Below, in pieces: positions 1 through 10,882 of a stretch of DNA of 64,000 bases. This stretch comes from Pristiophorus japonicus (Eukaryota). The stretch is from contig NC_091979.1 in assembly GCF_044704955.1 (NCBI RefSeq), positions 318,432,001 to 318,496,000 of the forward strand. The letters run 5' to 3'. Each line of letters starts with the position of its first letter. Position 1 is the first letter of the stretch. A program made the translations under genes and the position numbers. Under the pieces are notes generated by a model that was given only the letters and a program-made list of their open reading frames with translations, was not told the DNA's origin and did not search any database.

Positions 1-775
1 CCATCATCTAAATCATTAATATATGTTGTAAATAACTGGGGTCCCAGCACTGAACCCTGCGGCACTCCACTAGTCACTGCCTGCCATTCTGAAAAGGACC
101 TGTTAATCCCGACTCTCTGCCTCCTGTCTGCCAACCAGTTCTCTATCCACGTCAGTACATTACCCCCAATACCATGTGCTTTAATTTTGCACACCAATTT
201 CTTGTGTGGGACCTTGTCAAAAGCCTTTTGAAAGTCCAAATACACCACATCCAGTGGTTCTCCCTTGTCCACTCTACTAGTTACATCCTCAAAAACTTCC
301 AGAAGATTTGTCAAGCTTGATTTCCCCTTCATAAATCCATGCTGACTTGGACCAATCCTATCACTGCTTTCCAAATACACTGCTATTTCATCCTTAATGA
401 TTGATTCCAACATTTTCCCCACTACTGATGTCAGGCTAACTGGTCTATAATTACCCGTTTTCTCTCTCCCTCCTTTTTTAAAAAGTGGTGTTACATTAGC
501 AACCCTCCAGTCCATAGGAACTGATCCAGAGTCGATAGACTGTTGGAAAATTATCACCAATGCATCCACTATTTCAAGGGTCACTTCCTTAAGTACTCTG
601 GCATGTAGACTATCAGGTCCTGGGGATATATCAGCCTTCGATCCCGTCAATTTCCCTAACACAATTTCCCACCTAATAAGGATATCCTTCAGTTCCTGCT
701 TCTCACAAGACCTTTAGACACCTAGTACATCGGGAAGGTTATTTGTGTCTTCCTTTGTGAAGACAGAACCAAAGT
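1..775 (-). mobile_element. CR1 LINE ORF2 (reverse transcriptase) fragment running off the window start
   Basis: Reverse complement closely matches the + strand CR1 at ~62160-62950 (e.g. ATATATTAATGATTTAGATGATGG, GACTTTCAAAAGGCTTTTGACAAGG). Ends abruptly where the next CR1 5' end begins. Confidence 0.9.
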
Positions 776-1596
776 CGGCGGCAGTCGGGAGCAGCGTCGA
801 GGAGGTGCGTGGAGAGGCCTATAAAAGGCACAGCAGGGAGTCCGGGGCCCAGCGTCGGCGGCAGTCGGGAGCAGCGTCGAGGAGGTGCGTGGAGAGGCCT
901 ATAAAAGGCACAGCAGGGAGTCCGGGGCCCAGTGTCGGCGGCAGTCGGGAGCAGCGTCGAGGAGGTGCGTGGAGAGGCCTATAAAAGGCACAGCAGGGAG
1001 TCCGGGGCCCAGCGTCGGGAGCAGCGTCGAGGAGGTGCGTGGAGAGGTCTATAAAAGGCACAGCAGGGAGTCCGGGGCCCAGCGTCGGCGGCAGTCGGGA
1101 GCAGCGTCGAGGAGGTGCGTGGAGAGGCCTATAAAAGGCACAGCAGGGAGTCCGGGGCCCAGCGTCGGCGGCAGTCGGGAGCAGCGTCGAGGAGGTGCGT
1201 GGAGAGGCCTATAAACGGCACAGCAGGGAGTCCGGGGCCCAGCGTCGGCGGCAGTCGGGAGCAGCGTCAGAGGTGCGTGGAGAGGCCTATAAACGGCACA
1301 GCAGGGAGTCCGGGGCCCAGCGTCGGGAGCAGCGTCGAGGAGGTGCGTGGAGAGACCTATAAACGGCACAGCAGGGAGTCCAGGGCCCAGCGTCGGCGGC
1401 AGTCGGGAGCAGCGTCGAGGAGGTGCGTGGAGAGGCCTATAAAAGGCACAGCAGGGAGTCCAGGGCCCAGCGTCGGCGGCAGTCGGGAGCAGCGTCGAGG
1501 AGGTGCGTGGTGAGGCCTATAAAAGGCACAGCAGGGAGTCCGGGGCCAGCGTCGGGAGCAGCGTCGAGGAGGTGCGTGGAGAGGCCTATAAAAGGC
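776..1596 (+). repeat. CR1 5' UTR array of ~11 monomers (80 bp; some ~70-bp variants), each with a TATA box
   Basis: GCAGTCGGGA recurs at 781, 861 and 941 (period 80). TATAAAAGG/TATAAACGG occurs once per unit. GC/CpG-rich. Confidence 0.9.
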
Positions 1597-1652
1597 GTGA
1601 CTTGTGCAGCTACAGGGAGAAGGCAAAAAAGAAGAAGAAAGAAATGAAAAGG

Positions 1653-1695
1653 TGACGTCACAGCCAAGAGGGTAAGTGATTGGCTGGTGATTGGT
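1653..1695 (+). promoter_or_regulatory. CRE palindrome plus two inverted CCAAT boxes in the CR1 5' UTR
   Basis: TGACGTCA at 1653-1660, GATTGGC at 1678-1684, GATTGGT at 1689-1695. Motif match only; function untested. Confidence 0.45.
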
Positions 1696-1781
1696 GAGTA
1701 GTTTTTCTTTTGTCTCTTCTATATCAGTGAGTAACTGTTAACATTGTTGTTGCCAATTTAAGTGTATCTAAGGGTTAAGTC

Positions 1782-2729
1782 ATGGCAGGAGAGCTCGGTC
1801 GGGTGTTATGCTCCTCCTGTACCATGTGGGAACTCAGGGACGACACCAGTGTCCCTGACGACTATATTTGCAGGAAGTGTGTCCACCTCAAGCTCTTGAC
1901 GGTCCGCGTTGCGGAGTTGGAGCTGAGGGTGGATTCACTCTGGAGCATCCACGATGCTGAGAATGACGTGAGTATCACGTGTAGCGAGTTGGTCATACCG
2001 CAGGGAAAGGGTCCACAGCCAGATAGGGAATGGAAGACCAACAGGAAGAGCAGTGCAAGGAAGGTAGTGCAGGAGTCCCCTGTGGTCATCCCCCTGCAAA
2101 ACAGATACACTGCTTTGGGTACTGTTGAGGGGGATGACTCATCAGGGGAGGGCAGCAGCAGCCAAGTTCATGGCACCATGGCTGGCTCTGCTGCACAGGA
2201 GGGCAGGAAAAAGAGTGTGAGAGCAATAGTGATTGGGGATTCAATGGTGAGGGGAATAGATAGGCGTTTCTGCGGCCGCAACCGAGACTCCAGGATGGTA
2301 TGTTGCCTCCCTGGTGCAAGGGTCAAGGATGTCTCGGAGCGGGTGCAGGACATTCTAAAAAGGGAGGGAGAACAGCCAGTTGTCGTGGTGCACATTGATA
2401 CCAACGACATAGGTAAAAAAAGGGATGAGGTCCTACGAAACGAATTTAAGGAGCTAGGAGCTAAATTAAAAAGTAGGACCTCAAAAGTAGTAATCTCGGG
2501 ATTGCTACCAGTGCCACGTGATAGTCAGAGTAGGAATCGCAGGATAGCGCAGATGAATACGTGGCTTGAGCAGTGGTGCAACAGGGAGGGATTCAAATTC
2601 CTGGGGCATTGGAACCAGTTCTGGGGGAGGTGGGACCAGTACAAACCGGACGGTCTGCACCTGGGCAGGACCGGAACCAATGTCCTAGGGGGAGTGTTTG
2701 CTAGTGCTGTTGGGGAGGATTTAAACTGA
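1782..2729 (+). CDS. CR1 ORF1p: CxxC..CxxC zinc finger, coiled coil, SGNH/GDSL esterase domain
   Basis: CSSC...CRKC, heptad LLTVRVAELELRVDSL, esterase blocks IVIGDSMVR, CLPGA, HIDTND and DGLH. Open 315-aa frame. Confidence 0.9.
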   Translation: MAGELGRVLCSSCTMWELRDDTSVPDDYICRKCVHLKLLTVRVAELELRVDSLWSIHDAENDVSITCSELVIPQGKGPQPDREWKTNRKSSARKVVQESPVVIPLQNRYTALGTVEGDDSSGEGSSSQVHGTMAGSAAQEGRKKSVRAIVIGDSMVRGIDRRFCGRNRDSRMVCCLPGARVKDVSERVQDILKREGEQPVVVVHIDTNDIGKKRDEVLRNEFKELGAKLKSRTSKVVISGLLPVPRDSQSRNRRIAQMNTWLEQWCNREGFKFLGHWNQFWGRWDQYKPDGLHLGRTGTNVLGGVFASAVGEDLN

Positions 2730-2806
2730 TATGGCAGGGGGATGGGAACCAATGCAGGGAGACAGAGGGAAACAAAAAGGAGGCAAAAGCAAAAGACAGA
2801 AAGGAG

Positions 2807-4477
2807 ATGAGGAAAAGTGGAGGGCAGAGAAACCCAAGGCAAAGAACAAAAAGGGCCACTGTACAGCAAAATTCTAAAAGGACAAAGGGTGTTAAAAGAA
2901 CAAGCCTGAAGGCTTTGTGTCTTAATGCAAGGAGTATCCGCAATAAAGTGGATGAATTAACTGTGCAAATAGATGTTAACAAATATGATGTGATTGGGAT
3001 TACGGAGACGTGGCTCCAGGATGATCAGGGCTGGGAACTCAACATCCAGGGGTATTCAACATTCAGGAAAGATAGAATAAAAGGAAAAGGAGGTGGGGTA
3101 GCATTGCTGGTTAAGGAGCAAATTAAGGCAATAGTTCGGAAGGACATTAGCTTGGATGATGTGGAATCTATATGGGTAGAGCTGCAGAATACCAAAGGAC
3201 AAAAAACGTTAGTGGGAGTTGTGTACAGACCTCCAAACAGTAGTAGTGATGTTGGGGAGGGCATCAAACATGAAATTAGGGGTGCGTGCAATAAAGGTGC
3301 AGCAGTTATAATGGGTGACTTTAATATGCACATAGATTGGGTTAACCCGGTAGAGGAGGATTTCCTGGAGTGCATAAGGGATGGTTTTTTAGACCAATAT
3401 GTCGAGGAACCAACTAGGGGGGAGGCCATCTTAGACTGGGTGTTGTGTAATGAGAGAGGATTAATTAGCAATCTCGTTGTGCGAGGCCCCTTGGGGAAGA
3501 GTGACCATAATATGGTGGAATTCTGCATTAGGATGGAGAATGAAATAGTTAATTCAGAGACCATGGTCCAGAACTTAAAGAAGGGTAACTTTGAAGGTAT
3601 GAGTTGTGAATTGGCTAAGATAGATTGGCGAATGATACTGAAGGGGTTGACTGTGGATGGGCAATGGCAGACATTTAGAGACCGCATGGATGAACTACAA
3701 CAATTGTACATTCCTGTCTGTCGTAAAAATAAAAAAGGGAAGGTGGCTCAACCATGGCTATCAAGGGAAATCAGGGATAGCATTAAAGCCAAGGAAGTGG
3801 CATACAAATTGGCCAGAAATAGCAGCGAATCCGGGGACTGGGAGAAATTTAGAACTCAGCAGAGGAGGACAAAGGGTTTGATTAGGGCAGTGAAAATGGA
3901 GTACGAGAAGAAACTTGCAGGGAACATTAAGACGGATTGCAAAAGTTTCTATAGATATGTAAAGAGAAAAAGGTTAGTAAAGACAAACGTAGGTCCCCTG
4001 CAGTCAGAATCAGGGGAAGTCATAACGGGGAACAAAGAAATGGCGGACCAATTGAACAAGTACTTTGGTTCGGTATTCACTGAGGAGGACACAAACAACC
4101 TTCCGGATATAAAAGGGGTCGGAGGGTCTAGTAAGGAGGAGGAACTGAGGGAAATCCTTATTAGTCGGGAAATTGTGTTGGGGAAATTGATGGGATTGAA
4201 GGCCGATAAATCCCCAGGGCCTGATGGACTGCATCCCAGAGTACTTAAGGAGGTGGCCTTGGAAATAGTGGATGCATTGACAGTCATTTTCCAACATTCC
4301 ATTGACTCTGGATCAGTTCCTATGGAGTGGAGCGTAGCCAATGTAACCCCACTTTTTAAAAAAGGAGGGAGAGAGAAAACAGGGAATTACAGACCAGTCA
4401 GCCTGACATCGGTCACCCACTGTCACCCACTGCTTCAGACCTCCAACTCCCTCTCCTTGTTGTGCTTCTCCTTGTGA
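2807..4477 (+). pseudogene. CR1 ORF2 N-terminal part (APE endonuclease and linker), truncated at the start of RT
   Basis: LNARSI, GITETW, GGGVA, YRPP, GDFN, LD, SDH, KSPGPDG and NYRPVSL motifs. The last ~20 codons are read-through into unrelated sequence. Confidence 0.9.
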
Positions 4478-4556
4478 GGCAGCTGCACAGCCAGCAATGA
4501 TGAGAATGTGCTGCTGTGGTCAGGGACAAATGAAGGGGAGACAAATGGGGCAGTTG

Positions 4557-5951
4557 CCTAGGGCTCAAGCCTAGAGTGGGGCCCAAGCCTACAGTGGGGC
4601 TCAAGCCTAGAGTGGGGCCCAAGCCGAGAGTGGTGCCCAAGCCTGGAGTGGGGTCAAGCCGAGAGTGGTGCCCAAGCCTAGAGTGGGGCTCAAGCCGAGA
4701 GTGGGGCCCAAGCCTAGAGTGGTGCCCAAGCCTAGAGTGGGGCTCAAGCCTAGAGTGGTGCCCAAGCCGAGAGTGGGGCCCAAGCCGAGAGTGGGGCCCA
4801 AGCCTAGAGTGGTGCCCAAGCCTAGAGTGGGGCTCAAGCCTAGAGTGGGGCCCAAGCCTAGAGTGGGGCCCAAGCCTAGAGTGGGGCTCAAGCCTAGAGT
4901 GGGGCCCAAGCCTAGAGTGGGGCCCAAGCCGAGAGTGGGGCCCAAGCCGAGAGTGGGGCCCAAGCCTAGAGTGGTGCCCAAGCCTAGAGTGGGGCTCAAG
5001 CCTAGAGTGGTGCCCAAGCCTAGAGTGGGGCTCAAGCCTAGAGTGGGGCCCAAGCCTAGAGTGGGGCCCAAGCCGAGAGTGGGGCCCAAGCCGAGAGTGG
5101 GGCCCAAGCCTAGAGTGGTGCCCAAGCCTAGAGTGGGGCTCAAGCCTAGAGTGGGGCCCAAGCCTAGAGTGGGGCCCAAGCCTAGAGTGGGGCTCAAGCC
5201 TAGAGTGGGGCCCAAGCCTAGAGTGGGGCCCAAGCCGAGAGTGGGGCCCAAGCCGAGAGTGGGGCCCAAGCCTAGAGTGGTGCCCAAGCCTAGAGTGGGG
5301 CTCAAGCCTAGAGTGGTGCCCAAGCCTAGAGTGGGGCCCAAGCCTAGAGTGGGGCCCAAGCCTAGAGTGGGGCCCAAGCCTAGAGTGGGGCCCAAGCCTA
5401 GAGTGGTGCCCAAGCCTAGAGTGGTGCCCAAGCCTAGAGTGGGGCCCAAGCCTAGAGTGGGGCCCAAGCCTAGAGTGGGGCTCAAGCCTAGAGTGGTGCC
5501 CAAGCCTAGAGTGGTGCCCAAGCCTAGAGTGGGGCCCAAGCCTAGAGTGGGGCCCAGGCCTAGAGTGGGGCCCAAGCCTAGAGTGGGGCCCAAGCCTAGA
5601 GTGGTGCCCAAGCCGAGAGTGGGGCCCAAGCCTAGAGTGGGGCCCAAGCCGAGCGTGGGGCCCAAGCCTAGAGTGGGGCCCAAGCCTAAAGTGGGGCCCA
5701 AGCCTAGAGTGGGGCCCAAACCTAGAGTGGTGCCCAAGCCTAGAGTGGGGCCCAAGCCTAGAGTGGGGCCCAAGCCTAGAGTGGGGCCCAAGCCTAGAGT
5801 GGGGCCCAAGCCTCGAGTGGGGCCCAAGCCTCGAGTGGGGCCCAAGCCTAGATTGGGGCCCAAGCCGAGAGTGGGGCCCAAGCCTCGAGTGGGGCCCAAG
5901 CCTCGAGTGGGGCCCAAGCCGAGAGTGGGGCCCAAGCCGAGAGTGGGGCCC
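4557..5951 (+). repeat. 18-bp minisatellite (CCCAAGCCTAGAGTGGGG), ~77 copies, in the hAT left subterminal region
   Basis: Direct reading; 6-aa periodicity (PKPRVG) in the spurious ORFs. Confidence 0.95.
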
Positions 5952-6039
5952 ATACAGGGTGGGATTAAGTGTAAGGGTAAACAGTATTGAGGTAAGTGAC
6001 GTAGCAGGAGTGGAGTGAAGCTGCGAGGGCTCAGACGCA

Positions 6040-8595
6040 TGTTATTGTCGACTTGATGTAAACAGCCTCTAGATGCCCTTTTTCTAGAGATGCATTCTAC
6101 ACACAAATCCGGGTTAAAAAAAGGAAAGAACACTAGCTACACAAGGAGCAAAAGAGACGAGAAGTAGCTAAACTGCTTAAACTAGATAATTTTTTCCAAC
6201 TAAAACCTCAAGATCATGAAGATGAAGGCCAAGATGATGCTGTGTAGTTAAGTTCAACAATGAAACCACTCGTGGCACCAGACTCGGAGTTGGGCGAGTT
6301 GGAGCTCCAAGTCTAAAAAGTTGAAGAAGATGACAACCAACTGTCACATACTGAGCTGAAAGAGACGCAACTTACGAGCGACATTAGGCTGTGCGGAGAC
6401 AATATCTCAGAAGATATGTAAAGCCATTGGGTTGCAAAAGGTAGTGAGGACCACCGAAACTGTAATAAAGACTTCCAAAACTCCGGTGTGATTCATGCCA
6501 AGGAAGGATGTCGCTGATACTGCTCGAAGTCCTTCTTCACACGTGTGCACCAACTGACAAGGGAACATGTGGAGTGAATGTGGCTCTGTTAGTTACCTTC
6601 AAACGGTAGTATATACTGCTTTGTTTGCAAGGTCACAGCACGAACAAGTAACTACTTTACTCATGGGTTTAATGACTGGAAGCATGCAGATGAGACGATT
6701 TCATCTCACAAAAACAGCCACCAGCACAGAGAAGCCATGGTAGTAATGTGCACTAGACAAGCAGGCACTGGTTTTGTGGATGGTCATATTGTCTTCCAGT
6801 TTGAAAATGAATTGCAGTGCTGACGCAAGGTGCGAGAGCGGGCTGTCTGTGTCATAACATTTCTCTGTGAACGAGGTCTTTCATTGCGAGGTACAGACAA
6901 AATTGTTGGGTCTCCAAGAAATGGTAATTATCTGGGTGTGTTGGAGGATCTCGCAAACTACGATGCATTTCTTGCTGAACACATCAAGCAGTTTGTCAAC
7001 AAAGGCAAGGGGCATACTTCATACTTGTCTTCCACCACTTGTGAAGAACTGATTAGTCTGATGGGTGGCAAAGTACTTGAGACAATTATCCAGGAATTGA
7101 AATCAGTGAAGTTCTATTCAGTATCTGTTGATTCAACACCAGATGCCACACACTCAGATCAGATGACATTTGTTGTCCGCTATGTTCTATCGACTGGTCC
7201 TGAGGAAAGATTCCTCATGTTGTTGCCGATAATCGGTCATACTGCACAATAAATAATAGAAATAACACTGGCCTTTCTGGATGAGAATGGGATTGATGTA
7301 CAAAATTGCCACAGACAATCTTATGATAATGCTTCAAATATGAGTGGTAAATACATTGGTGTCCAAATTATCATCAAAGAGCAATGCCCATATGCAACGT
7401 TTATACCATGCACAGCACACTCACTCAATCTTGTGGGGAAAAACAATGCCGAACGCAGCCCAGTGATCATCAGATTTTTGACATTGTACAAAAGTTGTAC
7501 ACTTTTCTCTCTCCATCAACGTATCGCTGGCGACTGCTTTATGAAAAACTAAAGTTTTTAGGGCTGTCTGTCGTCAAACAGCTTTCTGCTACTCGATGGT
7601 CAGCAAGGTATGAAGCAGTGTCAGCCCTGCTCAAAGATTACACTCCCATATGTGAAGTGTTGGAATCTCTGGCAACTGAGGTGAAACAGAAAGTTGAATG
7701 CTGAAATGAAGCTCAGTTGATCCTTGACAAACTGGGCGACCTGGATTCAGCGATTCTCATTGTTATTTGGAACACAGTCTTGAAGCGCTTTCACCTGACC
7801 AATCTCTCGCTTCAAGAGACCGGCTTGAATCTAAATGTCATGATGTCCTTACTCGGGTCCCTTGTCGATTTTGTCAAGACACGGTGAACAGAGTTTGAGG
7901 ACTTCGAAGACCGAGGGATTAAACTGTGGCCAGAATGAGTACAATTCAGCTCCGAGGCACGTTCAGGTATGCAGTCGCCACTATGACGATGGAGACGCTG
8001 AAAACATTGTGCTGTCACCCAAGGAGAAATTCAAAACTGAAGTGTTCCTTGTCATCATTGATCAACTAATCAATACCTTGAAACATCACCTTGAAGCACA
8101 CAAGGAAATCAACTGTAAGTTTGGATTCCTGTCCAAGCTAGCTGCTCTCTCGACTATGAGATCAAGCAAGCCACAGCAAATCTTGCCTGTTCCTATCCCA
8201 ACAATCTGGAACCTAGGATTGAAAATTAATTCATCCAGTTTTCTAACTTGGTGACATCCTCAACAGAGCTTCAACCCTCAAGTTGTGTCAAACAAACGAA
8301 GCCATCAGAGCTGAGAATGTACCAATTGCTCAATAGACACGCCCTCACCCAAACCTTTTCTAACACTGAAATAGCTCTTCGGATATACCTGTCGATGATG
8401 GTATCAAATTGCAGTGGTGAGCAATCCTTCTCGAAACTAAAACGCATCAAGGATGAGGTCTGGAACCGAATGGGACAAGATTGACTTAAGAGTCTTTCAA
8501 TCGTGAGAATTAAGAGCGAAGTACTGCGAGGACTTGACTTCTCAAAAATCATTGACGAACTTAGCCGACAAAAATCTAGGAAAAGACCAATGTAA
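6040..8595 (+). pseudogene. hAT transposase (TTF-type zinc finger / DUF4371 / ZMYM1-like), with multiple stops and frameshifts
   Basis: YCFVCK, GFNDWKH, GNYLG, VDSTPD...DQ, YDNASNMSG, CTAHSLNL, TRWSAR and the dimerisation motif SNCSGEQSFSKLKRIK, spread over short ORFs. Confidence 0.88.
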
Positions 8596-9699
8596 TGTCA
8601 CACTGGTAGTTGCCTCTGTGGAGAAAATAGAATACAAATGACAAATGATGGTCTTCCAATAAAATTGCACAGTCTTATTCGAAATTGTTGTCATTGTCGA
8701 TTTAGTTTCAAAATGTAAGGATTATACAGGGTTTCATCAAGGTATCGGTTTGATTATTTGGAAACATAAAATATTAAATGGGAGTCGTTATAGTAGCAAT
8801 GAGAACATAACCTGAGGCGTAGACCTGACCTGACCGTGACCGGATACATACTCAGTATAGTGTCCTGTGACTTAGCTCACGAATGTCATTTACTGCAGGA
8901 TGTGAATGGGAGTAGGGGGCCCATGATCAGGATACTAGCCGGGCCCCAAGGCACTCTTAATCCGTCCCTGGCTGCAGTATCAAAGAACCTTCCCTTTAAG
9001 TACTGGCAAAAACCTGTGTCAATAATGAGTTGTGATTAGACTGCACCCGATATCCGTCCACCCTGTGAGTGTGACACCACTGAACTAGGCCTTTAAGACT
9101 TGATTTAGCGCCCAAATCATTTCTTTGAGCAGTGAGAATGAATTTTGCATGCAATCTAAAGCATTAGCGCCTGGCGCGAAATCTCAGGGGTCGAAATTCG
9201 GTTGTACCGCCAGCTGATACCACCTGGGAGAGGCGGCAATGGGGCGTAAATGGCTCAGCGGCAGCGTTAGACGGTGGTGCTGCCTGATGGGAAATTCGGT
9301 TCTGCTTCTTCAAGGGTGCAAAGATTTTCCGCCTCGCCGACTATCGCCATGGAAATCCTGACATCAGTACGCGTGCAATGCCTCCTTGGTGCCGGTCTCG
9401 CCAAATTCATTTTTCTGCCTCACTTACCGGCTGGCGGGGAACACGCCAAAAAAAGTTACCATTCACAAATCAAGGTAAATCAAGGGGCAGTAATTAAAGG
9501 GAGTTGCAGCCGGCCACAGAGGTCGCGGTCAGTGTTGCGTTCTCTCCTCGCAGAGTGTGTAGGTGTTGGCGTGCTGCGACTACTCAGCTTCACAACGAGC
9601 ATTTCGCAAACATTGGTGGGTTTCAGGTTGGATCCATTTGCAACTACCATATCGCGGCTAACTTCTGCAACTTAATGGGGGCAGTGATGGCACACCACT

Positions 9700-10882
9700 T
9701 CGTCCTGCAGTGAATATTTCCAAGGCACCGGCTACAGAGACAGCTTCCGGCAAATGTGGGTCCATGCCAGAGGAGAGGCCCCAGATGTCAGGGCAAGAGA
9801 CCGTAGAGACGCAGGGGTTACCGTGTGCATTATTTTTACCTGGATATGTCCGAGGAGCTGTACATAAAAAGACTGCGGTTCCGGAAGGAGGTCGTTACTG
9901 AGCTCTACCACCTCCTGCAGACATAACTCGAAGCTGACATTGGCACCAGGACCTCGCTGTCAATAGCAGTGAAAATGACAGTTGCCCTCCAATTCTATGC
10001 TACCGGCTCCTTCCAGTCTCCTGTCGGCGATATCTGCAACATCTCGCAGTTTGCAGTACATTGCCGCATTCGCCAGGTGTCTGCACTCTCTACAGCCGAT
10101 GAATGGTCTACATAAAGTTCAGTATGTCCAGGGAGAGCCAGGATGAGCGGCCCCATGGCTTTGCCAGGATAGCGGGCTTCCCCGTGATTCAGGGGGCCAT
10201 TGACAGTATGCATGTGGCATTGAGGGCCCCGCCTCACAATGGAGAGGTGTTCCGCTATCGAAAGGGCTACCACTCCCTCAACGTTCAGCTGGTCTGCGAT
10301 CACAGGCAGATGATCCTCGCTGTATCAATGCACGCTATCCTGGCAGCTGCCACGATGCCTTCATCCTGCAGGAGCGCAGTGTGTCCTGACTGTTCCAGCT
10401 ATCGCATGAATGGTGTGGCTGGCTCATCGGCGACAAAGGATATGGTCTCGCCACCTGGCTGATGATACCAGATGCTGAGGCTCTGCCCCGGGTGAGTAGC
10501 AGTGGGTCGGGCCTTTTGGAACGTGTTTTTGCCCGCAATCCCACCACACCTGCCGAGCAGCGCTCCAACAGCAGTCATATCACAACCAGGACCATTAGAG
10601 AGCAAAGTATCAGGTTTCTGTAGCAACGTTTTCACTGCCTTGAGCGTTCTGGAGGGGCATTTCAGTACTCACCTGACAGAGTGTCCATCTTCACTGTTGT
10701 GTGCTGCATACTGCACAACCTGGCCATCATGTTGGGCTAGCCATTACCAAAAGAGATGGCAGCTCCACCTCAGGAGGACAATGACGATAAGGAGGACGAC
10801 AAAGTGCTGAGGAGGCAGCCTGACACTGTTGTGGCTGCAAAGACTGCTCGTCAGAGATTCATCGTGCATCGATTCCAGTGAA
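9700..10882 (+). pseudogene. Harbinger (HARBI1-like) DDE transposase, frameshifted
   Basis: GFPVIQGAIDSMHV, RKGYHSLNVQLVCD, ARYPGSCHDAFIL, WLIGDKGY and CCILHNLAI in alternating frames. Confidence 0.85.

Larger units (their letters stand above)
776..4412 (+). mobile_element. CR1 LINE (family A), 5'-complete, 3'-truncated
   Basis: Tandem-monomer 5' UTR, ORF1 (zinc finger plus esterase) and ORF2 APE endonuclease. Homology to the copy at 18046-20456 stops at ...NYRPVSLTS (~4412). Confidence 0.93.
4521..8970 (+). mobile_element. hAT DNA transposon, full-length but degenerate
   Basis: TIRs CAGGGACAAATGAAG (4521) and CTTAATCCGTCCCTG (ends 8970), 12/15 match. 8-bp flanks GCTGTGGT and GCTGCAGT differ only by reciprocal CpG decay of GCTGCGGT, as expected for an 8-bp TSD. 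Confidence 0.88.

Noticed and set aside
4576-6133. Long ORFs (480, 508, 441 aa) of PKPRVG/LGLGPT repeats
   Set aside because: By-product of an 18-bp minisatellite with stop-free frames; open on both strands, no domain.
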